This document shows positions 24,636 to 34,291 of a stretch of DNA of 64,000 nt, one piece after another; position 1 is the stretch's first letter; each line of letters begins with the position of its first letter. The notes below the pieces were generated by a model. The model was not told the origin of the DNA, did not search any database, and saw only the letters and a list, made by a program, of their open reading frames with translations. The position numbers and the translations under genes are program-made. This DNA is from an uncultured bacterium (GTDB lineage: Bacteria > Arandabacterota > Arandabacteria > Arandabacterales > Arandabacteraceae), in NCBI GenBank assembly GCA_964598025.1, contig CAZRAU010000002.1:17854-81853 (forward strand), read 5' to 3'.

Positions 24636-27471
24636 TCTGATCCTCCGATCTCCACGGCAATCTTACGATGAAGGTTGTCCCTTTGCCAACAGCAGTCTCG
24701 AAAGCGATGGTCCCTCCCATGGCCTCGATCATGTTCTTCGATACCGATAACCCCAGCCCCAGGCCGCGCAGATCGCCTTCGGACCTCGTGGTGAAAAACG
24801 GTTCGAATATCAGATCCCGGTGTTCGGGCGCGATCCCTGTACCGGCATCCTCAACTTCGATAACCACGCCGGAAGCCTCTCGATTGATGGACACCGTTAT
24901 CGTCCCGGATGTCGGGGACGCCTCAATGGCGTTGCTGAGCAGGTTGAACATCACCTGGCTGAAGTATCCGACCGGCAGCCTGACATTCACGGGCTCCTGC
25001 GGCGCGTTGCAGAGCAGCTTGATCTCCCTTGCCCTCAGACTGCTCTCGAGCAGAGTGAAGACCTCCTTAACCGAGTCGACCACCGAGATCGCGCGGCGCG
25101 GCTGCACCTCGTCGCGGTAAAGCTCGAACATCTTACGGATTATCAAGGCGATCCGGTCGATTTCGTGTCCGACCAGATCGACATACTCGAAACGCGGATG
25201 ATCCTTAGGGACGGCTCCCTTGATCAGAAGAAACGAGTTCTTGATGCCGGCAAGCGGATTGTTTATCTCATGGGCGATTCTGGCCGCCATCCTGCCGGTC
25301 GCGGCGATTCCTTCAGCGGAGGCGCGCTGCCGCTCGAGATCATGTATGCGCTGCGTTCGTTGCTCCACGAGTCTCTCCAATTCCTCGCTGTAGGTTCTAA
25401 TCTGCGCTTCCGCGAGGCGGAGCCCGCCCTCGCTGTTCTTAAGATTGGTGATGTCAACCGCCGAGACAAGCAGGTTTGTAGACATGTCCCGGGATGGGGC
25501 AACGGCAACCGAGCGGAGGCTGACATATCGCTCGCGGCCTTTGGCCGTGCGCGTGCGATACTCCGCATGGAAGCGAGCATTGCCGCCGGCGAGCGCTATG
25601 ATGGTGCCCACAAACGGCTCCAGCGCGGGGCCGCGGATACTCGAGACAACGAACTCTCGGAACTCATCCATTGTGGCACATTCATACAATCTCAGGGCCG
25701 CGTCATTCGCCCGGTCTATGCTCATCACTTGTGCGCATGCCGAGAGGTCATCCGGATGGCTTCGGAGGTGGGCTGCGCAGTCTGTAATGGCCCGTGATCG
25801 GAGATCATCGAGGTAGGCTATCACTTTCGCACAATCGATCTCGACCAGGGCGATGGGTGCTTCCTCGAACAGACGCCTGTAGGCTTCCTCGCTCTTCCTG
25901 AGTGCGCCTTCGGTTCGCTTGAGATCGGTAATATCCAGGATAACCCCCAGGAACCCCGCAAGCGACCCGTCCGGGCCGGCATACGTGGCCTTGTTGAAGA
26001 CCACGTCCCTGACGTCGCCGGCCGCCGTTTTGACCCGCCGCTCGTAGGTTTGGGTGCCTGGGTTCGCGAAGAGCTCGGCGTCCATCTTCGTACACTCGTC
26101 GGCGACCTCCTTGGGCGCTATCTCGTACCCGGTTTTGCCGATTATCTCAGCCTGCGTCAGCCCTATGAAGCGCTCGAAAGCCCGGTTACAGCCCGTGTAG
26201 CGCCCTTCCGGGCCCTTGTAGAACACAGGATTGGGGATTGTGTCCATCAGTATGCGTAGCAGCTCAAGCTGGCGCTTGAGTTCGACCTCGGCCTGTTTGC
26301 GCTGCGTGACGTCGCGGGCGACATTCATGATCTCGACAACCTTCCCATCCCTCAAGATCGGGATCGCGTTTATCTCGAAGCTGCGAACCGTGGCTTCGTC
26401 GAGATGCACTGCAACGTCGAAGCCCCGCACCTCCTCGCCGGCCCGCAGCCGCCCTGCAACCGTGGAGATGGCATCGGGGTCGGTTGCGGTGAAGAGTGAC
26501 AGGACATTGACATTCCTCGCTTCCTCCAGTGTGAGCCCGAGGAGGTCGAGGCTGGCCTTGTTTGCATAAAGGATACGGCCGTCGGCATCGGTGAGGTACG
26601 TGTGATCAGGATTAGCCGACAGGAAGAGATTCAGTCTCCGTTCGTGCTCGGCGATCTCCATCCGCCCCCATCTTCGCTCGATGAAACCGGCGATGTCTCC
26701 TGCCAATATGTCGATGAGCCGCTTCTCCTCCTCAAGGAAGGGGGCTTCGGTGGGCCGGGCCGGATCCTCAAGGTAGTAAACCTCTATGGCCCCGACGAGA
26801 GCATCCTTTACTCTTATGTCCGATGACATCCTGCATGGGCTTTCCTCGAAGCCGGAGGTTCTCACCTCGGTACCGGACAATACGATTCGCACGCATGTGT
26901 CGCCGGGGCGGCTCATGGCCGACGGCAGTAGATTCGCTATCTCCTGGAGCACCCGGGGGACTTCGGCTTCCGGGTCTGCCATCGCTTTCGACGTCGCGTG
27001 AAGGCAACTGAGTTCTCGCACCCGCACATGGAGTTTTCCCCGCTTGTCTTCCAGTTGCGCCATCGCAGTCTTCTGCTCGGTAATGTCACGGAAGATTTCC
27101 ACTCTGTGGCGGGTCCCATCAGGATTCCGGACCAGCGTATCAATGATGTCGTATATCCGCTTGTTCTTCGGGCAGAACCATTCCCTTCGGGACTTCTCTC
27201 CGCGGTAAACCGCCTCACTCGGACAGCCCTCGCAGGTTGTCGGGCCTTGTTCGAAGTACTCATAGCACTTTCTGCCCTCCCAGGGGCCGTATAGGTCTTC
27301 GATCAAGTGGTTGACATAGAGGACGTCACGGGTCTGGTTGGTGATCAACAAGCCGTCTTCGAGGGCATCAAACACCCTGCGGAGATTATCAAGATCGTCC
27401 ATCAACCGCGCGCGGGCCCCTTCCGGCTCCCGTACCGACCGGTTCTTGGTCTTCGCTCGATCTCCCATCAT
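24628..27471 (-). CDS. multi-PAS sensor histidine kinase carrying the conserved 115-aa sensory module; ATG 27471 preferred (track GTG 27516)
   Basis: H-box AHEINNPLAGIKNSFLL. HATPase NLLSNAIEASPTSG...DAGTGIAPEH...GLGLGLSVSKNMIEAMGGTIAFETAVGKGTTF. Module LSCLHATSKAM...SAMSRP...TSGFEESPC...FLEEEKRLIDILAGDIAGFIERR. GGGAGG SD before ATG 27471. Confidence 0.85.
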   Translation of the reverse strand: MMGDRAKTKNRSVREPEGARARLMDDLDNLRRVFDALEDGLLITNQTRDVLYVNHLIEDLYGPWEGRKCYEYFEQGPTTCEGCPSEAVYRGEKSRREWFCPKNKRIYDIIDTLVRNPDGTRHRVEIFRDITEQKTAMAQLEDKRGKLHVRVRELSCLHATSKAMADPEAEVPRVLQEIANLLPSAMSRPGDTCVRIVLSGTEVRTSGFEESPCRMSSDIRVKDALVGAIEVYYLEDPARPTEAPFLEEEKRLIDILAGDIAGFIERRWGRMEIAEHERRLNLFLSANPDHTYLTDADGRILYANKASLDLLGLTLEEARNVNVLSLFTATDPDAISTVAGRLRAGEEVRGFDVAVHLDEATVRSFEINAIPILRDGKVVEIMNVARDVTQRKQAEVELKRQLELLRILMDTIPNPVFYKGPEGRYTGCNRAFERFIGLTQAEIIGKTGYEIAPKEVADECTKMDAELFANPGTQTYERRVKTAAGDVRDVVFNKATYAGPDGSLAGFLGVILDITDLKRTEGALRKSEEAYRRLFEEAPIALVEIDCAKVIAYLDDLRSRAITDCAAHLRSHPDDLSACAQVMSIDRANDAALRLYECATMDEFREFVVSSIRGPALEPFVGTIIALAGGNARFHAEYRTRTAKGRERYVSLRSVAVAPSRDMSTNLLVSAVDITNLKNSEGGLRLAEAQIRTYSEELERLVEQRTQRIHDLERQRASAEGIAATGRMAARIAHEINNPLAGIKNSFLLIKGAVPKDHPRFEYVDLVGHEIDRIALIIRKMFELYRDEVQPRRAISVVDSVKEVFTLLESSLRAREIKLLCNAPQEPVNVRLPVGYFSQVMFNLLSNAIEASPTSGTITVSINREASGVVIEVEDAGTGIAPEHRDLIFEPFFTTRSEGDLRGLGLGLSVSKNMIEAMGGTIAFETAVGKGTTFIVRLPWRSEDQNA

Positions 27472-27531
27472 GGGCCTCCCGGAGTGGGTAATAGCGATGC
27501 ACCGGACACCCGGCACCGCTATGGTATACCA

Positions 27532-27559
27532 AACATAGCACCACCTTGATGTTTGTCAA
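27532..27559 (-). promoter_or_regulatory. candidate sigma70-type promoter TTGACA-N16-TATGTT for the minus-strand HK/RR operon
   Basis: Minus strand reads gcTTGACAaacatcaaggtggtgcTATGTTtgg, about 60 nt upstream of ATG 27471. Confidence 0.3.
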
Positions 27560-27714
27560 GCTTGCCCGGAAGGCGCGTATGCGAGGCCCGGGGAAAGAAG
27601 AGAGCGGCTGGACGGCCGGGCAAGCCTGAGGAGACCGGCCCGGGGGCGGGGGATGCGGGAGCTGTTGCCGGATAGCAACCTCAAGTTGTTCATCCCCAGG
27701 CCGATAATAAGACC

Positions 27715-27724
27715 GGAGGTCACC
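27715..27724 (+). repeat. GGAGGTCACC motif copy about 100 nt upstream of the CHASE-HK ORF
   Basis: gaccGGAGGTCACCggtccaATG (short ORF only). Confidence 0.6.
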
Positions 27725-27821
27725 GGTCCAATGAAATGCATATCCCGGGACCAACGGCTGACGCGTGCCGGCGGCGGCACCGGAAGGTCATGAGGCATTC
27801 CTGGCACCCGCTGCCTGAGAG

Positions 27822-30800
27822 GTGGGCGAGACCTTGGATACGGCAAGAGCACTTCCGAAGCACTCAGGTTTGAGAGCATACGTGACCCCGGCCATCATAG
27901 TATGCCTGGGCATATGGATGTCGGTGTATAGTTTCACGACGGCGAGGGGACGGGCCGCGAAGCAGAAGAAGTCCATCTTCGCCGAATCTGCCAGAAAAGA
28001 CGTGGCCCGGTTGAGTGGGCATTTGGCGACCCATGAGATCGTTCTCAGGTCGCTGAGAGCTTTCTATGAGGGGTCGGAGTACGTAAGCCGCAAGGAGTTC
28101 CAGGACTTCACGAATATAGTGCTTTCCGGCCTCACGGATGTCGATGCCCTGATGTGGTTACCCAGGGTGGCGGCCGGCGAACGTGACGCCGTCGAGCGCG
28201 AAGCGGCTGCTTCCGGTGTTCTTGGTTTCGAGATAATCTCTCTCGGTGAGCAGGGCCTGCCGGTCCGTGCCGATGACCGGGTTGAGTATTTCCCCATTCT
28301 ATACATAAGCCCCATGGCCGGCAATCAGAGCCGCCTGGGCATGGATTGGGGTGAGGTTCCCGAGCTCAGACTCGGATTGGACCGCGCAAGGGACGGCGAC
28401 AGACCGGTCACAGTCCGCTTCCCTCCCGGAGCCTGGGGCGATGAGCCGGCGCCGGTCCTTGCAACCATCCTACCCGTCTATCGAAAGGGAACATGGATCC
28501 AATCGATGGACAATAGGCGCACATACCTGGAAGGTTTCCTGGTCGAGGTGTATGAACCCGACCGGATTCTCGGAATGGGCGCCTTGCCCGGGGATTCTCA
28601 TGCCGCCGGCCTCATGATCGCTATGATCAGAGACGACACGTCAGGCGCGGTGATATATGAGAACGGCGTCGTTCCAAGCGTCATGACGGCACCCGACGGC
28701 GATATGGTCTTTCCCGAGATTGACGGCGCGCTCCATGGTGTCGCTACCCTGGGCGTGGGGCGGGCGGCATGGACGGTGTTCTCGACCCCCGGCGCCGAGC
28801 TGGCATCTCTCAGCAAGGGATGGTCTTCATGGTTGCTCCTCTTCACGGGATTGGCCCTCACCGGAGGGATCGCGACCTACCTCGTCATCGTGCAACGAAG
28901 TTCCGCCGAGATTGCGTGGTATGCGGACGAACTCCAGGTGACCCAGACCGAGCTCGAGCGCAGGCTCTCGGAATACCTCATTGCCGAGAAGACCCTCAAT
29001 GAGAGCGAACGCTATCTCAAGGTGATATTCGACACGGTTTCAACCGGCATGCTGGTGATCGATCCGGAGTCTCACACCATAGTCGATGCCAACATGGCCG
29101 CTGCAGGTCTGGTCGGTGTGCGTAAGGAACACCTGGTGGGCCGGGGCTGTCAGGGCCTTGTCTGCAATACCGAGAGCGGGGGTTGTCCTGTTACGGACAG
29201 GGGCGAGATCCTCGACAATTCCGAATCCACGTTCCTTAATGCTTCCGGAGAAGAGGTGCCCTGCCTCAGGACCGTGGTGCCGATCACGCTCAAGGGCAAG
29301 AAGCATCTCCTGGATTGCATTGTGGACATAAGCAGCCAGAAACGCGCGCAAGCGGCGGCCGAGCGTGAGAGCGCGAAATTGTCGGCCATGATTTCGGGCA
29401 TGGAAGAGGGGGTCGTATTCGCGGATGCGCAGAACGTGATTACGGGGGTGAACGATTTCTTCTGCCGGTTTGTGGGTAAGGACGGCGATGAGATCCTCGG
29501 CAGGCACATTGAGGCCCTTCACTCCGGCCGCATACTGGACCACGTCAAGGGATTGCTCCAGGGTTTCCGCTCGAATGTTCACTCCGAGCCATTTACCTTG
29601 CAGCGACAACTCGGTGGCGCCGAGGTGCTCCTCCGAATACAGCCGATCTACCGCGGGGGTGACTATGACGGTGTGCTTCTCAACGTAATCGACGTGAGCA
29701 AACTCGTCGGCGCGCGGCGGCAGGCGGAGGAAGCGACGAGGGCCAAGAGCGAGTTCCTTGCCAACATGAGCCACGAGATAAGGACGCCCATGACCGCGAT
29801 CATGGGCTATGCCGACCTGCTTACCGGTCCGGGGCTCGATGACAAAGACAGGCTGGACTATCTGGACATCATCCGACGCAACGGCGCCCATCTGTTGGCC
29901 CTCATTAACGACATACTTGACCTCTCCAAGATCGAAGCCGGGAGACTGCTGATCGAAAAGGACAGCAGCGACCTGCTGGCAATGCTGGCGGACGTCGCGA
30001 GCACAATGCGGGTGAGGGCGAGGGAGCGTGATACCGAACTCAGGACCGAATTCCCCACCAGCCTGCCGAAGACCATCATGACGGATCGGTCCAGGCTGCA
30101 TCAGGTACTCGTCAATCTCGTCGGCAACGCAGTGAAATTCACCAAAGGCGGCAGCGTTACCGTAAGGACATCGGTCTTGTCCGAGTGGCATGGGGAAGGG
30201 CCTGCGGTACGCATCGAGGTCATCGACACCGGAATAGGAGTCAGCAAGGAGAGACTGCCCAGGCTTTTTGAACCCTTTGTGCAGGCGGATGCGTCCACCT
30301 CGCGGGAGTATGGTGGAACCGGCTTGGGTCTCACCATCAGCGCTCGCATCATGGGTTTGCTCGGTGGTGAGATTTCCGCCGCGAGCGAACCCGGCAAGGG
30401 CAGCACCTTCGCTGTCACAGTACCCACTGGTGATCTTGAAGGTGTTGAAGTGATAGAAACGCCGAGCGAGTCTCTCATCGAAGCCAGGGCGGACCTCGGC
30501 CCGGCTGTTGTCGATCCGGATGCCCTCAAGGGGTTGCGCATTCTTGTTGCCGAGGACGGCCCGGACAACCAGCGCCTCATCAAGACCGTGTTGTCGAATG
30601 CGGGAGGGCTTGTGACACTGGTCGAGGACGGGAGCGCCGCTGTCGATGCCGTAGCAAACGGTGTCTTTGATGTGGTGCTCATGGATCTTCAGATGCCGAC
30701 TATGGACGGCTACGAGGCCACAAGGACACTCAGGGCCCGAGGCTACAAGATCCCGATCCTAGCCCTGACGGCTCACGCTATGTCGGCGGATCGGGATAAA

Positions 30801-31292
30801 TGCATGGCCGCCGGTTGTGATGATCACCTGACGAAGCCCATCAATCAGCAGAAACTCATAACGAAGGTAGTCCGGTGGGCAAGGAATCACGGCGCACCGG
30901 AAGACGGCCGGCTCGTTACCGGTGTTCAAGACAGGGATGACGGGGAGGTGATATCACACGTGGAGCGAGTGGTTTCCGAGTATGCAGACGATCCGGCCCT
31001 CGCCGGGATACTCGAGGTGTTTGTTACCGGGTTGACCGGGAAAGTCCATGCCATGAAAGATCATCTCGCCAATGGGAATCTTGATGAACTCGAGCGCCTG
31101 GCCCACCAACTCAAGGGGGCCGGCGGCAGCTATGGCTACCCGATTATTACGGAAGCAGCGGCCGGGATCGAGGCCGCTTGCCAGAAGGGCGACAAGGAGG
31201 CGGTTCCGCGGGGGATTGATCTGCTGGAGCGGCTTTGCGGGGCCATCACGGCGGGATTCGAAAAGACGACGAAATCGCCTGCCGGCGTCTAG
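27822..31292 (+). CDS. unorthodox hybrid sensor kinase: TM - periplasmic CHASE-like domain - TM - PAS x2 - HisKA - HATPase - REC - HPt
   Basis: TM AIIVCLGIWMSVYSF and WSSWLLLFTGLALTGGIATYLVIV flanking a ~300-aa CHASE-like domain. H-box ANMSHEIRTPMTAIMGYADLL. HATPase GNAVKFT...DTGIGV...GTGLGLTISARIMGLLGG. Receiver LRILVAEDGPDNQ...VLMDLQMPTMDG...ILALTAHA. HPt HQLKGAGGSYG. Confidence 0.88.
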   Translation: MGETLDTARALPKHSGLRAYVTPAIIVCLGIWMSVYSFTTARGRAAKQKKSIFAESARKDVARLSGHLATHEIVLRSLRAFYEGSEYVSRKEFQDFTNIVLSGLTDVDALMWLPRVAAGERDAVEREAAASGVLGFEIISLGEQGLPVRADDRVEYFPILYISPMAGNQSRLGMDWGEVPELRLGLDRARDGDRPVTVRFPPGAWGDEPAPVLATILPVYRKGTWIQSMDNRRTYLEGFLVEVYEPDRILGMGALPGDSHAAGLMIAMIRDDTSGAVIYENGVVPSVMTAPDGDMVFPEIDGALHGVATLGVGRAAWTVFSTPGAELASLSKGWSSWLLLFTGLALTGGIATYLVIVQRSSAEIAWYADELQVTQTELERRLSEYLIAEKTLNESERYLKVIFDTVSTGMLVIDPESHTIVDANMAAAGLVGVRKEHLVGRGCQGLVCNTESGGCPVTDRGEILDNSESTFLNASGEEVPCLRTVVPITLKGKKHLLDCIVDISSQKRAQAAAERESAKLSAMISGMEEGVVFADAQNVITGVNDFFCRFVGKDGDEILGRHIEALHSGRILDHVKGLLQGFRSNVHSEPFTLQRQLGGAEVLLRIQPIYRGGDYDGVLLNVIDVSKLVGARRQAEEATRAKSEFLANMSHEIRTPMTAIMGYADLLTGPGLDDKDRLDYLDIIRRNGAHLLALINDILDLSKIEAGRLLIEKDSSDLLAMLADVASTMRVRARERDTELRTEFPTSLPKTIMTDRSRLHQVLVNLVGNAVKFTKGGSVTVRTSVLSEWHGEGPAVRIEVIDTGIGVSKERLPRLFEPFVQADASTSREYGGTGLGLTISARIMGLLGGEISAASEPGKGSTFAVTVPTGDLEGVEVIETPSESLIEARADLGPAVVDPDALKGLRILVAEDGPDNQRLIKTVLSNAGGLVTLVEDGSAAVDAVANGVFDVVLMDLQMPTMDGYEATRTLRARGYKIPILALTAHAMSADRDKCMAAGCDDHLTKPINQQKLITKVVRWARNHGAPEDGRLVTGVQDRDDGEVISHVERVVSEYADDPALAGILEVFVTGLTGKVHAMKDHLANGNLDELERLAHQLKGAGGSYGYPIITEAAAGIEAACQKGDKEAVPRGIDLLERLCGAITAGFEKTTKSPAGV

Positions 31293-31375
31293 CCCGGATT
31301 ATTCACAGGCACGACCGGGCGGCATCAAGTGGGGGGTGCGGGTTTCACGGGGTGTAGGCTTCCGCTGGGCGGCGG

Positions 31376-32554
31376 TCATGCCACCCTCGAGTGACGCACC
31401 GGATTCGGTCCGGATCTTCTCAAGAAGGGTTTCATCAGGCTCATACCGAAGAGCAATAGATCGGCATGGTAGTCGAAACTTACCTTCCGCCTGATCAAAC
31501 CCCTCAGGTGCATGTTCCGTCTGATCAGCCGGAAAAGCGAGTCCACATGTTCAGGATTCATGCTCTCCATGAGGCTGCGCACCTTGCACCCGGTCATGAT
31601 TTCCTTTCCGATCATCGCTCGCCAGGCTTTCTCATAAGTACATAGACAACCGGCACTCAGGTCTCCCTTCCTGAAAGCCTGCAGCAGAACGTCGACGGCG
31701 ACATCGGAGCACATCAGGCCATAGAATATGCCCCCACCGGTCGTCGTCTTGATCTGCCCCGCCGCTTCTCCGACCGCGATAACGCGGTCGGCCACGGTCC
31801 GGTCCATCAACCCATGTGCTATGGGCTTGTGCGCGATCACGGGATCGACTTGGTTTCCCCCAGCCGCCACGCGGGCCCGCACGAATCTTGTGAGTTCCCT
31901 GATGTCCTGGTTCCTTGTCAGGGCGCCAACGCGGGCTTGGCCCCCGCCGGCTGGGACCACCCAGGCGAAGGAACCGCGCGTCAGGTCGTTAAGGTATATC
32001 TCAGGCCTCTCGAGGTCCGGCATCTCCACAACGGTTTGGAGCGCGAAGAGGAACGCCGGCGGTCTGCCGAAACCAAGGGCCCTGTGGAGGTCATAGTCGA
32101 CTCCGGTGGCAAGGACCACTACGCGGGCGCGGATCTCCTCCGTCTCCTCCGGCGCCCCGGCCCTGATGCTGCAGAGATCGGGCCCGACGGTTATACCGGT
32201 CACCTTCTGCCCGATGTGCGGGACCACGCCCTTGGCTATCGCCTCTTGGAGAATGCCCCTGTCGAAGAGGCCACGGTCGATGACGTATGAGAAAGGTTCG
32301 GTTGATGTGTAGTCCAGCGTTTCGCCTGACGGAGAGAAGAAAGTAACGGAGTCCATCTTATACAGCACCGAATCCGCCGGCAGATCGTGTTGCTTGAAAG
32401 CCTCCGCCCCCACGATTCCGGTGCAGACGACGTCGCGTCCGATCTCGGTGTCCTTTTCAAAAAGCGCCACATCAAATCCGAGGTCGGCCAGCCGGTACGC
32501 CGTGTATGAACCTACCGGCCCTCCACCGACGACGGCGATGTCATGCGTTCTCAT
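31376..32554 (-). CDS. FAD-dependent oxidoreductase, geranylgeranyl reductase family
   Basis: N-terminal dinucleotide-binding HDIAVVGGGPVGSYTAYRLADLGFDVALFEK. Length and internal motifs typical of the GGR/ChlP family. Last gene of the minus-strand glycan operon. Confidence 0.75.
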   Translation of the reverse strand: MRTHDIAVVGGGPVGSYTAYRLADLGFDVALFEKDTEIGRDVVCTGIVGAEAFKQHDLPADSVLYKMDSVTFFSPSGETLDYTSTEPFSYVIDRGLFDRGILQEAIAKGVVPHIGQKVTGITVGPDLCSIRAGAPEETEEIRARVVVLATGVDYDLHRALGFGRPPAFLFALQTVVEMPDLERPEIYLNDLTRGSFAWVVPAGGGQARVGALTRNQDIRELTRFVRARVAAGGNQVDPVIAHKPIAHGLMDRTVADRVIAVGEAAGQIKTTTGGGIFYGLMCSDVAVDVLLQAFRKGDLSAGCLCTYEKAWRAMIGKEIMTGCKVRSLMESMNPEHVDSLFRLIRRNMHLRGLIRRKVSFDYHADLLLFGMSLMKPFLRRSGPNPVRHSRVA

Positions 32555-32597
32555 GGTACCTCCAAGTGACTCTGAGTTGCACCACGGGTGCTGAGCG

Positions 32598-33296
32598 TCA
32601 GACCTTGCTGCCTCTCTCCTCCCACCTGCCGCGGAAGGTAATCAGAAACGAAAGCAAGATCAGTTTGAGATCCAGCCGGAAAGTCTGGTTGCCGACATAG
32701 AGGAGATCATGCCTGAATTTCTCGGCGCGCGGGACATCACGCGGGGCATACACCTGTGCCAGCCCGGTGAGGCCCGGCCTGACGGCCAGGCGTTCTTCAA
32801 AACCGGGAATCTGCTCATCGGGCAGGTGCCCGGAGGTCTCCTGTACCTGTACCTCGTTGAGGGGAAGTGCTCTCGGCCCGACGAAACTCATGTCGCCCTT
32901 CAGGATATTGAGAAGTTGAGGCATTTCATCGAGTGCGGTGGCCCGTAAGAACTTCCCGATCCGTGTAATCCTCGGGTCGTCCTCTGTGGCCTGAGTCGAC
33001 CCCCAGTCGGCGTCGGCGTTGGGGACCATGGAGCGGAACTTGTGAGCCTCGAACCGCGACTTGTACCGGCCCCACCTTTCCTGGATATAGAGCACAGGGC
33101 CGCCGTCCTCCAGCTTTATTGCGGCGGCAATCACGAGCCAGAGCGGGGCCGACAGTGCAAGGCCGATGGCGGCCAGGACGGCGTCAAACGGTCGTTTGAG
33201 CAAGGGTTCCCTTGGCCGGTTTGTCGCGCTGCTCGGGGCCGAAACCGCACTTGACAGGGGGGCACCGCTTTGGAAACCGACGCCTGCGGTTTTCAT
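32598..33296 (-). CDS. polyprenyl-phosphate sugar-1-phosphate transferase (small PglC/WbaP-C-terminal type, Bac_transf family)
   Basis: N-terminal membrane anchor LAAIGLALSAPLWLVIAAAIKL. Catalytic region YIQERWGRYKSRFEAHKFRSM...DPRITRIGKFLRATALDEMPQLLNILKGDMSFVGPRA. Confidence 0.85.
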   Translation of the reverse strand: MKTAGVGFQSGAPLSSAVSAPSSATNRPREPLLKRPFDAVLAAIGLALSAPLWLVIAAAIKLEDGGPVLYIQERWGRYKSRFEAHKFRSMVPNADADWGSTQATEDDPRITRIGKFLRATALDEMPQLLNILKGDMSFVGPRALPLNEVQVQETSGHLPDEQIPGFEERLAVRPGLTGLAQVYAPRDVPRAEKFRHDLLYVGNQTFRLDLKLILLSFLITFRGRWEERGSKV

Positions 33297-34291
33297 ACGA
33301 CCAACCCGAGGTTCATTCGCTCGGCGCTGTACCGGATAACGTCGGTGAGAATCTGGTTAAGGTCGTGACTCGGCCGGTAGCCGATGTACTGCCTTATCTT
33401 GGTCGTGTCCGGGATCCGGCACCTAATATCCTCGAAGCCTTTCCCGTAAGCTTCCTCATACGGCACGAGAGCCACCTGGGAATCACTGCCGGTGAGTTGC
33501 TTCACCCTGGATGCCAGGTCTCCGATCGTGATAGGCTCGTCGTTGCCTATGTTGAAGATCTCTCCGATCGCCCGGTCCGATACCATCAGTTCAATGGTTG
33601 CATCCACTGCATCACCCACCCAGGTGAAACTTCTCGTCTGGTACCCGTCTCCGTAGACCTGGATGGGTCTGCCGGCCAGAGCCGCCTCCACGAACCTCGG
33701 GATCACCATGCCGTAGGCGCCGGTCTGTCTGGGGCCGACCGTGTTGAAGAAACGGCAGATGATCACCGGCAACCCGTTTTGCCGGTAGTAGGCCATTGCA
33801 AGGTGCTCGTCGAGGGCCTTAGCGGCGGCATAGCACCAGCGTTGCGAGACGCCGAGCGTTATGTCGTCCGTTTCCTTGAAGCCTCGATCCGGCAATGGGG
33901 TATCCTTGCCGTAAACCTCCGAGGTCGAAGCGATGAGGACTTTCCGCCCATACCTCAGCGCGGATTCCAGAACGATCTCGGTCCCCCCGACATTCGTTGT
34001 CAGCGTATAGATGGGGCGCTCGAAGATCAGCCTCACGCCGACCGCCGCCGCGAGATGAAACACCGCATGGCATTTCTCCATCAAACGATTGACCGCCTTC
34101 ACATCAAGAACGGAGCCGAGAACGAAGTGCATATTCGGATTGTCCATGAGATGCTGTATGTTCTCGAGGTTTCCGGTCGAAAGATCGTCGAGCACGTATA
34201 CCTCTGCGCCGAGATCCAGCAGGGCCTCAGTAAGCCACGAGCCGATGAAGCCGGCACCGCCGGTCACTAGGTATCTGTCTGCAGTTTCCAT
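33293..34291 (-). CDS. NAD-dependent sugar-nucleotide epimerase/dehydratase (UDP-glucuronate decarboxylase / 4-epimerase-like)
   Basis: [14 protein letters not shown] Rossmann motif, YAAAK catalytic YxxxK. Confidence 0.8.
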   Translation of the reverse strand: METADRYLVTGGAGFIGSWLTEALLDLGAEVYVLDDLSTGNLENIQHLMDNPNMHFVLGSVLDVKAVNRLMEKCHAVFHLAAAVGVRLIFERPIYTLTTNVGGTEIVLESALRYGRKVLIASTSEVYGKDTPLPDRGFKETDDITLGVSQRWCYAAAKALDEHLAMAYYRQNGLPVIICRFFNTVGPRQTGAYGMVIPRFVEAALAGRPIQVYGDGYQTRSFTWVGDAVDATIELMVSDRAIGEIFNIGNDEPITIGDLASRVKQLTGSDSQVALVPYEEAYGKGFEDIRCRIPDTTKIRQYIGYRPSHDLNQILTDVIRYSAERMNLGLVV

